A stretch of 64,000 bases of DNA, taken from contig NW_003314270.1 of the NCBI RefSeq assembly GCF_000143415.4, positions 1,168,722 through 1,232,721 of the forward strand, written 5' to 3'. This DNA comes from Selaginella moellendorffii. Its lineage: Eukaryota; Plantae; Lycopodiophyta. The position numbers and the translations under genes were made by a program. Positions 52,391 to 64,000 of this stretch are shown piece after piece; the first letter of the stretch is position 1; each line of letters starts with the position of its first letter. Below the pieces are notes generated by a model. It was not told the DNA's origin, made no database searches, and was given only the letters and a program-made list of their open reading frames with translations.

Positions 52391-53644
52391 ATGGCGCTGT
52401 GCGCGCGGCCGAGGAGCCCCGCATTCTTGTGGGCGGCGTCGGCAAGTAAGTGCCGATCGATCTGGGTGCGCTGGCGGAGGGGCGAGCTCCCCGCCGGCGT
52501 CTGGAACCCCTTCGTCTTCGAGGACATGAAGAGGCCGCGCGAGCTGTCCAAGGAGTTCCTCGACTTCCTCGTCGATGGCACCTGCCGGACGCCCATCAAC
52601 TTCGGCATCCACGTCGGGACGCCGCTGGGCGCGCTGCCCACGGACTACCTGGTCTGGCTCTCCAACGATTTCCGCTCCGACACGGTGGACTGGCGATGGT
52701 GGCGCGACGTCGCGCGCCAGGCGCTCAAGGAGCGCGCCAGCGTCCACATCGGCAAGCGCCAGGAGTTCATCGCGGCGCTCGCGCGGGCGGGTAACGTCGA
52801 CTACACGCTCGAGCTCCTGCGATCCGAGGCCAACCAGGTGGATTCCCCGCCGGGCTACGCCGCGCTGCTGCGCCACTGCGCCCAGCACCGCGCGCTGGAG
52901 CAGGGGATCAAGGTCCACAACCAGCTCGTCGCGGAGGGATTCGCGAGGAACCCGTTCCTGGCCGAGCTCCTGATCGAGATGTACAGCCAGTGCGGCGCCG
53001 TGGATCTGGCGCTCCAGGTGTTCGAGAGCCTGGAGAGGAAGAAGCGCGGCGTGAGCGCGTGGGCGGCCATGATCCGGTGCTACGTCGAGAATGGTGATCA
53101 CAAGCGCGCGCTCGAGGCGTACAAGAACATGGATCTGGAGGCCGACTCGGAGCTCCTGGTGGTGATGTTTGATTGCTGCGCGAGGGCGCGGGCGCTGGCC
53201 GAGGGGCGCGTCATCCACGCGTGCTTGGTCTCGAGCGAGGTCCGCGCGGATCTAAAGCTTCGGACGGCGATCTTTGCGTTCTATGCCCAGTGTGGGGATT
53301 TGGAGATGGCAAGAAAGCTGTTTGTGAATCTAGAGAAGAAGAGTGCCGAGGCCTGGAACGTGATGATCAAGAGCTATGTAGACGCTGGAAGAAGGGATAT
53401 GGCGATGGGGGTGTACGAGAAGATGGAGAGATCGAGGAGGAGCCGGGAGACGATTTTGATCGCTCTAGATGCCTGTTGTTCGCTGGAGGAGATTGGACGG
53501 GTTGAGGAGGATGCCTCCGCGAGCAAGGTGATCAAGAAGTCGGATCATGCCGGTGTCAAGGCGGCCATCGCAGCTGCCAGGAAGCGATTGCAGCAGTCTA
53601 GTAGAGATGATCAAGCGGGCTCGCCTCCTTGCAATGTGTGCTGA
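52391..53644 (+). CDS. PPR protein with an N-terminal FGKHKG-type (DUF3820-like) small domain
   Basis: INFGIHVGTPLGALPTDYLVWL followed by PPR motifs (LIEMYSQCGAVDLALQVF, AWNVMIKSYV). Confidence 0.8.
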   Translation: MALCARPRSPAFLWAASASKCRSIWVRWRRGELPAGVWNPFVFEDMKRPRELSKEFLDFLVDGTCRTPINFGIHVGTPLGALPTDYLVWLSNDFRSDTVDWRWWRDVARQALKERASVHIGKRQEFIAALARAGNVDYTLELLRSEANQVDSPPGYAALLRHCAQHRALEQGIKVHNQLVAEGFARNPFLAELLIEMYSQCGAVDLALQVFESLERKKRGVSAWAAMIRCYVENGDHKRALEAYKNMDLEADSELLVVMFDCCARARALAEGRVIHACLVSSEVRADLKLRTAIFAFYAQCGDLEMARKLFVNLEKKSAEAWNVMIKSYVDAGRRDMAMGVYEKMERSRRSRETILIALDACCSLEEIGRVEEDASASKVIKKSDHAGVKAAIAAARKRLQQSSRDDQAGSPPCNVC

Positions 53645-54089
53645 GAGCTTTCGGACACGATGACATGATCTTACAACTCCTTTACCCCGGTCGCTTTGGA
53701 CGAGCAGAGCACGCCCAGAGCCGTGAGGATCCTGGGCTGGAAAAGAGATGCTCTTCATTAAAGGTGACCACAAATGTTTTACAGATTTTTTTCTGATATG
53801 TTAAATTATTTGATTCGTAAAAAAGCTATTTTCTTTTTATTTGATTAGTAATTAGTAATTAGTAATTTTTTACTTTAGTGATTCATTCTTTCCTATTTAC
53901 TGATAATGTTATCTCTCTCTCTCTCTCTGAATAAAAGATAAAAGAAACTAAATATACTCAAGAATTTTAAATGATTTTCTCAAAGTTTGTTAAAGAAGAA
54001 ATCAAAGTTGAGTAAATTTAACTTCTATTAAGTTATTTTAAAATATTATTATATAAATATGAGATAAAGTATTATTGTCATGAATTTGA

Positions 54090-54850
54090 TTATGTGTATC
54101 AAAAGTTATTTGTCGGCAAGTCCTTTTAAATATTCTTTTTTTATTGCCTAGTATTGTTGAATCTTTTATCAATTTCCACCTAAGTTAGTTGAGAAACTAA
54201 TAATCACATATGCACTTAGACTAAAAGAGCACTAAGAAAGGAAATCTTAATTTGTCATTTAGTCAAACATATTTGACACGGTGATGAAAAATTTATATTA
54301 TTGACTTGCACTTGCTAATATTAATAATTCTCACAATATTGAGCTTAATCATTCAATATTTGCTAGATGATAGCTTACAGTGTCAGCTAAAACACTCCTG
54401 CCATCATGCCCCATGTGTTAGTTTCATTTGGTTTTATTGGCTATTTATGAAAAATGTTTAGATTTGTTAATTTAGAATATCTACAAAATATAAAGATTGT
54501 TCTGAACACAATGGTGTTAATCTTGTGTCCAAATTCACAATTTAACATCATTCTATATTTAGTAAGTTTTAAATTTGTCCTAAAGACTTAACTCTTGATA
54601 TTAAGGGTGAAAGCTCAAATTATGCATTCTTTATTTCAAATATACAATAGGGATAGTGGGTATGTCGGGCATAATTGACTAATTTAAAGCATAGTTTAGC
54701 TCTTACTTGTGTTTGTGTTTGTTTTATGTTTGATTTGGGTTTAAGCCCAAGTTCTATGTTATGTTAGCTAGTGAAATAACTATATCCTCGTGTTAAACCA
54801 ACGGTATGTTAAAACAATATTAGACTTCATTTGGTTTTGTTTTGCACATT
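54090..54850 (+). repeat. Decayed solo LTR of the 20685-21800 family
   Basis: Shares TCAATATTTGCTAGATGATAGCTTAC, GAACACAATGGTGTT, GGGTGAAAGCTCAAA, TAAGCCCAAG. Confidence 0.85.
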
Positions 54851-56800
54851 AATTTTGGCATTGAGATGTTGAACTGTTCCAATGTTGCTCTTTGTTGTCC
54901 TTTCACTCCTTGGGCTAAATAATTATAAACTACTTTATGCTCCAGATGAGTCATTCTATTGCTCCTTAGCTTAATGTTTACAAGGTTAGCTCAATTCTTT
55001 CATTTAGTAGCCTAAGTCTCTTTGAAACTTGGGTTCCACTTTACTGTCTTGGACATGTGGTATGTAGCATGTGGCATATGACACGTGGCACATAAAAGGT
55101 TTAAGTTCCACTTTGTGGTTATACTATACTAATCATCATATAATAAATAAATTTAAAATACCAAATTTGAAAAAGATTTAGGATAGAGGGAATCATAAAG
55201 ATGGTTATATTTAAGTGATACAAGTTTTAAATAAATAATAAAACTTGATAGATTTCATGATATAATTTCCAAAATGCACAATTACAAACTATCTCAAGAA
55301 TTTCCCACCAAATAAAAAAATAACCAAAAAGGAGTCCATATTAATTTAAAAGTTCATGACAATAAACAAATCAACATAGCAATATTAAAACCTTGAATAT
55401 AAAGTTTTAGTACCTGGATAATAAAGAAGATTAAAGCTTATCTTAATAAATATAATTTTAGGGAGAAGGTACAAATGTGCCATATTAGTGAATAAATATT
55501 TCATGCAATAATCACTACAAAATTTTCCAATAAATTTGTATTTTATTGCTTCTTAAATTTTAACAATCTTCCATTTTTTATTTTCTATTTTTCTCTATAT
55601 TTTTTAGTCCACTTTTTTAACCAGAACATTTTGATTTGTAAAAAATGTAATATATATTAAATAATTTCAATAATTAAACCATATAAATATTTTTAAATAA
55701 TATATAAAAATCATTTAGAGTTTAATGAATAATATTCCAAAACTTATTTTATATTAAAATATTGTGGTTAATACACAAAATATTTTTCCATATATATTAT
55801 TGGACAGTATTTTTCTAAACATTTTATTTTTAATGCGTTTGATAAAAATGTTTATACACCTCGAGTTGTACTTCCTTGTCTTTATTTATTTCATGTGTTT
55901 TTTTTAAAATAATAATTAGTTCTTTAGCTTTTAAAACTTTTAATAATCAATTACATTTTAAAACCATAGATTTTTTTATTCTCATTTCATCCTTCACTAA
56001 TGCATATATTGAGTTTTCAATATTAAGTTTTCTATAACAAACAACAATAACATTACAATATGTTTTACAAAAAACTAAATATCATACCATATTTTGAGAA
56101 TGTAATATAATAAATTGTTTTGAACTCATTTCCACAATTATTTTTCGCAAAGGTTATGAAGGTCAGACGGCATGATCAACATTTTCATTTCTCCAACTAC
56201 ATTAGAAAAACATATATATTGTATTGTGTTGGCATGAAACATGCAAATTAAAATTATATTAAAACCAAAAATAAAATTTGAACCATATTAAAAATTTCAA
56301 TCCAGATGGTTAACATAGATTTATTTTCAAAATAAAAACTCCATTTATTTTGTAAATATTATTTTATTTTCTAAAAGACATAACTTTTTTAGTATTTTGT
56401 AGTGGATAACAAATTTTATCTCAGTTGTTATCATACCCCACTGTTAAATTTCAATGTACCTTATAAAAAGTACATGTTAAATAATTATAATATATTTTTA
56501 GTTTTTAGTTTTAATATAAACTAAAAACTTATTTTATAAATATTAGTGTGAGTAGTAGTGTAACTCATCAAAATTTCACAATCAAGTGTCAAGATGCAAA
56601 AGATTAAGTATTAAAAAACATTTAAATTTTAACTATAACATTAAAAAACGTTATGTATATAAAATTTAAAACAGTGTATAATGAATTATGATTGACTGTC
56701 TTTAAATTTTATATATGAATTAAAAAAAATTATTTTTTCACTTTTATATATTATTTTACTAACAATACAGCCCGTGCTTGGAATGCGGAAGAACTTCATA

Positions 56801-57262
56801 CTAATTGTGCTTCTTCGTGGTCTTCTTGCGAGGAGTATCAGATGTGGGACGGCTTGCTTCCTTCTCGCTCTTGCTAAATCGCCTGCCATAGGCAAACTCG
56901 TCCAGCCTCTGGCCCTGCCTCTTGTACCGCCCCCCAGACTCTACGAACGCCGGGCATGGCCGGAATGCCTTGATTGGCCACCACCCAAATCCTGGCACCG
57001 CTGCAATGCCGCCCTGGATTCGCCCCAGCCCATTGCAGCCCCACATCACCTCCGATCGCCCGCAAGTCTTACACCCGGATCCAGTATAATCTTCCTCTTT
57101 CTCTACGTTTTCTACAACTTCTTCCTCCTGAATAGCTAAGGTACCAGGTTTCTGAGCAGAATCCGGCGCTGCCGATGCCCAGATCGTCCTCCTCCCGCGA
57201 CCATTCGCCAGAGATTGCGAGGAATGCCATGGAATTGTGTGGAGCGCGGCTATGGCCACCAT
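56801..57262 (-). CDS. Conserved plant (probably plastid) Cys-rich protein with a DnaJ-Zn-finger-like motif
   Basis: GCKTCG..GCNGLGRIQGGIAAVPGFGWWPIKAFRPCP..GGRYKRQGQ. Confidence 0.75.
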   Translation of the reverse strand: MVAIAALHTIPWHSSQSLANGRGRRTIWASAAPDSAQKPGTLAIQEEEVVENVEKEEDYTGSGCKTCGRSEVMWGCNGLGRIQGGIAAVPGFGWWPIKAFRPCPAFVESGGRYKRQGQRLDEFAYGRRFSKSEKEASRPTSDTPRKKTTKKHN

Positions 57263-57488
57263 ATCCCCTGTGGCTGCTCAAGAGCCCTAAAAAGCAGAGC
57301 AAGAATATCCGTTAATTTAAAAAACTTTACAACGGAGGTAAAGTAAAAGAGGCAAAATTGTGAGCCGGTGCTGTCATATATACAAAAAGAGGAGCACTCG
57401 TCGTAGTAGAATCGTTTCCTCGCATCAAAGGAGCGTTGCGAAGAAGAGGAGGAAGGTAAATGATGAGAATAAAGGAAAAAACGTAACT

Positions 57489-60157
57489 TCAGCATTTGAG
57501 ATCCAGGCAGCTGACGAGCCTCTGGTGATGATGAATGTCAGAGATGACGCTGCGAACCTCGATCTCGGACGTTGACAATCCGTGGCCGCCGTTACGCATC
57601 TTTGCTGCGGGATGATGATGGTGGTGGCGATGCTGCTGCTGCTGCTGCTGCTGCTGGTGAGGATCCTCCATGCTTTTCAATCGCCTCCCAAAATCGGATG
57701 GAGTCTGGAGGAAGAAAGCGGTGGCGTCGGCCTCGGAGGCCGGCTGGAATCCAAACTGGGAGGAAGGGGAGAACATCGGAGAGAGTACTTGCCGAGGTGG
57801 AGTAGACGCGTATCTAATGAAAGAGTACCATTAGCTACAACAAAAAAACGAATGCAAAACTCACCTTGTCGTCTGGTAGCCATCTCGAGTCTGATGAGAT
57901 TGGAAAAATCGAGATTTAGCTACACAATTGATATAGAAACAAAAGGGCTGCGGTACCTGGAAGTCTGAGTTGGTGTCCGGTATGTCCATCACAAATGGAT
58001 GCTCCATGAGCTCTGTCGCTGTTGGTCTGTCCGCCGGGTTCCTTTGCAAACACAACCTCAGAAAGTGTTGGCACTCTTCGGACAGATGCGGAGGAATTGG
58101 AGGAGTTTCTTTGCTGTTGCCAATCTTGAACATAACAGCGACCTGAGCATTCAAACATTAGAAACTTAGTGACTGAAACTTCGTTATGTCACTCACCCCT
58201 TCAAATTCGCTCCACGGAGGCTTTCCAGTTGCCATTTCGATCACGGTGCAACCGAGGCTCCAAATGTCCACAGAGAGATCATAACCATGAGTTGATTTTA
58301 GAATCTGTCAATCCAGACAAAACCCGCTTTTATGGACAGGCACTTTACGTGACATCCACAAACCTCTGGAGCCATCCAGTACGGGCTTCCTTTGCAAGAA
58401 AGTGGGAATGACTGAGCAGTTATCTGAAAGCAGTCCCGGGGTGAGTGCCAGAAAAAGATCAGACTACACACAAAACGTACGTGCTTGGCCATGCCAAAGT
58501 CCCCAAGCTTCACCACGCCATTGGTATCGACAAGGATGTTTGCGCCCTTGATGTCTCTATAAAAGAATAACGCTGGCACGACATAGAAAACGCCACTCGA
58601 AAAAGTACCTGTGAACAGTCTCCACGCTGTGCAAAAAGGATAAACCCGAAAGTATTTGTCTCGTGTAGCGCCTGATAACCGACTCCTTGAATGGTCCATA
58701 GTCTTGAAGCAGCTTATGAATGGAGCCACCCGACACGTACTCGAGATAGATGTAAAGGTTGTCCTCCACCTACAAAGAACACCAAGCAAAACGTAATGAG
58801 CAGCACAACAATGAGGATCACGCTAGTGCTTACTGCTTCTGATCCATAGTACTGTACAATGTTCTGGTGCCTTAAGCGACTGAGGAGAGTAATTTCCTGA
58901 AGCATGGCGGACACGCAACGCAAGTTAAAAGTGATCGACACCAATGAACGGGGAAAAAAAATTAAAAAATGGAACAACGAGAACTTTGAAGATAGAATAG
59001 CAAGTACCTGTCCGAGCTGTTTAGCACTCTCTTTAGACTGATCATTGTCACCAATAATGCGAACCTCCTTCATCGCACACATCCGGCCGATGTTGTTGCT
59101 GCACATGGCAAGAGAATCGTGTTAGATCTGTCGCTGGAGCAAACGAGGAGAATAAAAAAGCGAGGGGGGCCGGAGTGGTGTGCGGTACCTGTCAAACCCA
59201 ACATACACATATCCAAAAGTTCCATTACCGATGAGCTTCCCTTTCTGCCAGCAGGTTGTCGTCGCCCCCCTGTTAGACGGTGAAAGCGTCGGCGACAATG
59301 GAAATCCACTTCCGCAAGGTGGTGGTGGTGGTGCTGGCAACGGGTGCGGCGTGTGGCGGGGAGAAAGCTGACCACCACTACCACCACCACCAAAACCACT
59401 TCCACCACTTCCACTTTGGGTGCGTGGATTCCTCGACCCGGCTGTAGCAGTGAAGGCCGGCGGGCTGTTCCCAGGAGCAACAGCGGCAGCGCTGTTACTA
59501 TACGGATAGAAGGCGTCACCGGCGTCGAGAATTGCTCTCGGACTGCGGCACGGGCTCAAGCACGGGGAGTGCGCGTTGTTTGACGTAGCTTTCACTGGAA
59601 CCGGATTGGAAGGCGTCGATCCGTTTCCCGAGGACCTACATTCCTTCCAAGGAGAGGCCTTTGATCTGAAAGAAGACAACCAAAACCACGAGATCATTCA
59701 CGGAGAAAGAGAGAACAAGTGAAACTTACTGGTTGGTGTCACACGTATCGCTGTTGCTTGAGCTGATGCTGGAAGAGGCCGAGGTCGCGGCCACTGCCTC
59801 GGCGAAAATCCCCGCTCTGGGCTTTTGCTCCTGGGGAGGAGGAAGCGGCAGGGACTGGTTCCTTCGCACCTCCGCGCCTTGGGGAGAGAAGGGCGAGCAC
59901 GGCAGAGGCCATGGCTGCCTTGCCGAGTCCGAGGGCGTGCACGGCGACACCGGCCTGGAGCTGCTGGAATTATCCGAGCTGGAGCGGTAACCCGGCGAGA
60001 AGCTGTTCTTCCTCTCGTCGTCCGTCCAGGAGGAGAGCCTCGTCTTCCAGCTCCCAATCTGCAAGCGCATGCCATCTTTGCTCTTGTGCTGCTGCTGCTT
60101 CTTGGCCGCCGCCTCCTTGGGCTCCTTGGAGGACTTGCCGCCCCACCAGGAAGGCAT
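57489..60157 (-). CDS. MEKK-type MAPKKK (YODA/MAP3K-alpha-like)
   Basis: MPSWWG start, [58 protein letters not shown]; ~11 exons. Confidence 0.93.
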
Positions 60158-62449
60158 CACGCCTCCCTCTCAGGCGCCGCTGCGATCACGAGAGGAAAAA
60201 TTTAGCTCCGAGAACGAAGAACCCTGCCAAAAATCTCACATCCACGAAGCCATGACGCGTTCACATCGAATCCACGAATGAGACAAGGGGAAAAACACGC
60301 AGAAAATGCAGACCGGCCGCCCGCGCCTAAACGATGAGACCGGCAACAGGAATCAAGCTACAGCGCAGGACAAGCCAAGACCGGCAGAGATCGATGGAAT
60401 GATTCATCACAGCAAGAAAAAAGAGGGAAAGCTACTCACAAAATGCGCATCGAATCACGACATCGCTGGAGCTCGCGCTCGATCGGAGAGAGAAGGGAGA
60501 GAAGAGAACAGAGAGACAAGCGCCTTGATCTGCGCCTCCTGGCGCCCTAAATTTCCCTGTGACGAGCCCTAAAATCGCGAAGCTCCTCCATCTCGTTTCC
60601 TCTTTTCTTCTCCAACACGTCTTTCTCCCGCATTCCCGCTCCTCTCCACCCCCGCCGCCGCCGCCGCCGGAATATACCGTGCCGCGCCGCCGCGGCGAGA
60701 ATATCCCCGCACGTGTCACGGCCCCAGCGAATATTCGCGCTACGGACACGTGTTGGGCGTTGACTTTGCGTGGCCCCGTCCGGGTGACGTGGTCGCCAAG
60801 GTCCACGTTTGTTAAGGAATTTATGATGACTCGACAGTCTTTCTTTTCTACATTCTCAATTTTTATCTCTGCTCGGTTTTATCGGACGGACGAGAGCATA
60901 TATAACGCCTCGATCCGATAATCAAAGGCATTGGATCCAGCGGCTAGATTGCAAATCTGCGCCCACATTCAATGCCCCACACGGCTGCACGCACACGCTC
61001 AATCAATTTTGTGGAAAAAGGAGAAAAAGAAAAAACTTTAGTACCTTTTAAAAGCATTTTCTAGATCTCCGATCGACCAGCAATCTACGCTTTGTAGCCA
61101 GCGTTTTTTTTTGTTGTTGGGTTTGGCCACAAATCAATCAGCAAAGGACTGCCGTTTGTCCCTGGAAACCGTTCGTAGAGGCTCTCTGTCTGCTGCTCCC
61201 AGCCAAGTCCAATTCATTGGCGAAATCGACTGATCGAGCTAGCGCGCATGGTGGAGATGGACGCCCGTGTTCAGATCTAAATGCGAAGCGCGTCTCTCGC
61301 TGCGCTCCGGAGGAGTTACTTGCGTGTGTTTGCTATTGATGGCCGAGATGGTGATCCGTGACAACCTGATCTGGCATTTTTTATATGCGTTTTTATTTAG
61401 AGGGTCCTTCTGTCCCAAAATTTTGGCAAGCACCAATTTGTACTCCCGGAATAAATATATCTCACCCCCGCTGTAAGGAAAAGTATATGTACTCAAAAGA
61501 AAACTTATCAAGAAATTGATGGTTTATTTATTACTTCTAGTAATCTTGTCGAAGCCCTTTGGGAAAATGCCAAGCAACGAGAAGGAAAAACTTATCATTC
61601 GCCTTTGCCGCCAACCCTTGCCGTTCAAACTGGATGAACTTCTAAAGGAGTTTCGAAGAATAGTATCCAGATATTCAGCTGCTTGAACACACAAACGACT
61701 CGACCGTGCGCTCACCCACAATGTTTCGTAAGCTCTGTGCCAGAAGCGCAAACTCCTGATTCTGGCGCTGGACGTTTGGCTGGTTTATCCGGGTACTAGG
61801 CTATTGAAAAACGAGAGACAAACATCTTAGAGCATCCCAAACAAAGAGCGTGCAAAGACATACAACCTCTTCAGTGCCTCTTCACTTCGAGACCTGTGTG
61901 GCTGGATCCGCTAGCAAGTGAAAGCTTCTCCTTCTCGTCATTTGACATCTTCCGAAAGGATGGCGACAGGACTGCGCCGCCGACCACGACATCACCAAAA
62001 CTGCTGTTTCGAGTTGAACAAAGTTGTAGAGGAGCTTCGTTGAAGAATCATATGGAGCTGCATCACAGCACAAGGCAGTCGGCTGTGTGTCATGCGCCAA
62101 ATACCAGCTGGGGGCTTCATTTACCCAAGGAGCTGAAACAACAGAAACAGGAAATGAGACCAATGGATTAAGCTCGCATCTCGCGGCAATGTCGACCTCC
62201 TGCCTTTCTATCACCTGGTTCTTCCTCGTGGCTTCATGCATTTCTTCGCCAGCACCTCTTCTGGACTGGAGCTGTCGTAAGCACATTATAGAGAACCACT
62301 CTCGAACTTCCATTGTACTTTCTGCTTTATAGTGTTACTAATTATTATATATAATATAAAAATACTATAATATTATACATTTATAATGATGAAAGAACAC
62401 TCCTAGTAAATTCGACAATTAAAAATTCAACAGCATCACAAAATATTCT

Positions 62450-63640
62450 TTAGTCAACACCCAAGCCCCACTGAAGTTCCTCATGCTGCCTGGCCTCGAC
62501 CACTGCCGCCTTTTTCCCGTGCACTTTCGATGCCGAAACTTTTGGAAACTCATCCCTCCACACTGAGATTGCAGCTGGAACTGCTAGAGCTTCCTTAGCA
62601 AGCTCACCCTTAAGAGCGCCCGGTTTGTTGTACACTGGAAAAAAGAGCTTAGCATGCTCCAGAAGTCCGAAGGACGATGCGTCATCGTCTTGAAGGCGAA
62701 GGATGATGCAGGAAATCTCCATGGAACGATCCTTTACGTTGACGACATGGACTCTTCCTATGTGATGAAACATATGATCGAAAACCCTGCGTGCATGCAA
62801 AATGAGTCTATATAATCTCTGATTTGATTTCCAAGGGCTGTTACACGGCACTTCAGCACAGCTTCAAAAGTGCAGTCATAAAGTCGAAGGCTCAAGGGAT
62901 CCAGCTTCAGGAGGTCGATTGTCCCGGAGGCATCTCTTTTCCAGGAACAAATGAGGTTGTCACAGCAGATCCTCGTATCCTCGTACTCTTCCTGGTCCAA
63001 GAGTACAAATGCCTCCAGCACAGCAAGGAAGAGCTCCACTTGTGGCGCTGTGGACAGATGAAAAAGAGAAACAAGCAATCACAAGCGAACAAAAAGAACA
63101 GGGGAGAGTCGAATACCTCGTAACTCTCGCGGAACTTGGTGAGCAGCTTGGACAAATGATCTCGTACTCCTATGACTTGTCTGTCCACAAGCATAAGCTG
63201 CTCCTGTCCCAGTTTGCTCTCCTCGAGGAGATCCATGACGGCTTTCAGAGCTTCCATCGTTCTTGCATCTTTCCGCGCGGCCAAGGAGTGCCTCGTCTGA
63301 GCAACAGCTCCCACATCCATGCTTAACCTCGACCGGATCGCTTGCCGGAGCTTTAGCAAGAGCCTCCGCGAGCGCCATAACGTAGACGCCCGAATCCTGA
63401 TTTCTAAGGGATACGAAAAACTCGAGTAGCCGGCGTCGCTGGCATTGCTGGCGCGGCGTATGGTTGATGTCCAGCCAGCCAAGAGGCGCGCAGTTGGACT
63501 GTTGTGGCTGGTAGATGAACTCTCCAAGTGGAAACAGCTCCCATGGCGATAAATCAGCAAGCTCCAACAAGTGGAGCTGCTTACTGGGCAAAGTATGAGT
63601 TGGTACTTCGTTAAATACCTCCCGGGCTTAGCCGACATTA
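62450..63640 (-). pseudogene. Ulp1/SENP8 (C48) protease-like remnant with substituted catalytic residues, fused to unknown exons
   Basis: LILCPVSSSTCWSLLIY..CFHLES and TPRQ..NQDSGVYVMALAEAL (cf. HWSLL..DS, QxNxxDCG). Confidence 0.5.
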
Positions 63641-64000
63641 ACAGAAAGAGCTCCTTGCTGTGGCTCTGACAGAAGAATTTGATGATCGTTCATCCATGGA
63701 AACCCCACCCTAACTTTTGCCTCTAAATGCGTAAAGTTTCCTTTAATTTGGAGAACATAACCTTAGCAAAAGCGAAGCGCAAACTCGTCCCCATCTTCTT
63801 CAGGTCCCTTTGTAGTTTCATGTCTAGTTTGTTATTAAACGTTTTCTCCTGATTATATATTTCACTATGACCAGTCCTTGATGAACATAGAAGAGCTGCC
63901 TCAAACCGATGACATAATGTTCTCTGGACAAGCATGTATCCAGCTGAAGAAGGTCGATTGTCCCGGACTCCCGGACGACGCATTCGGGAGTACCACAAAG

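Noticed and set aside
54900-56760. Very AT-rich tract
   Set aside because: No termini, repeats or coding signal recognised

Overview
Plant nuclear DNA, most likely a lycophyte such as Selaginella. This is inferred from compact genes, 45-60 nt introns and the PLS-PPR style, not proven. The first ~39 kb is a transposon nest: (1) a pseudogenised chromodomain Ty3/gypsy element (1-7049) whose integrase is split by two short GT-AG introns; (2) a Sola-like DDD transposase pseudogene head-to-head with a ParB-like + degenerate methyltransferase-fold gene, with ~14 dispersed copies of a 22-bp palindrome; (3) a Helitron-like end with captured PPR and RCL1 fragments; (4) LTR remnants; (5) an apparently intact ~11.8-kb TIR element (22477-34320) with a MULE-type GCM-DDE-SWIM transposase, a divergent intact 9-exon ParB + beta-class N4/N6 DNA-methyltransferase-like gene, and an SGS3-type zf-XS-like ORF. 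From ~40 kb the window is gene-dense: root-cap protein, JmjC/NO66-like, APO, phospholipase D, two PPR genes, a Zn-finger-like protein, a YODA-like MAPKKK and a Ulp1/SENP8-like remnant. The best candidate for a new system is the ParB-methyltransferase cargo module shared by two unrelated DNA transposons, possibly acting on palindromic parS-like sites. All domain calls are by-eye motif recognition; no searches were run.
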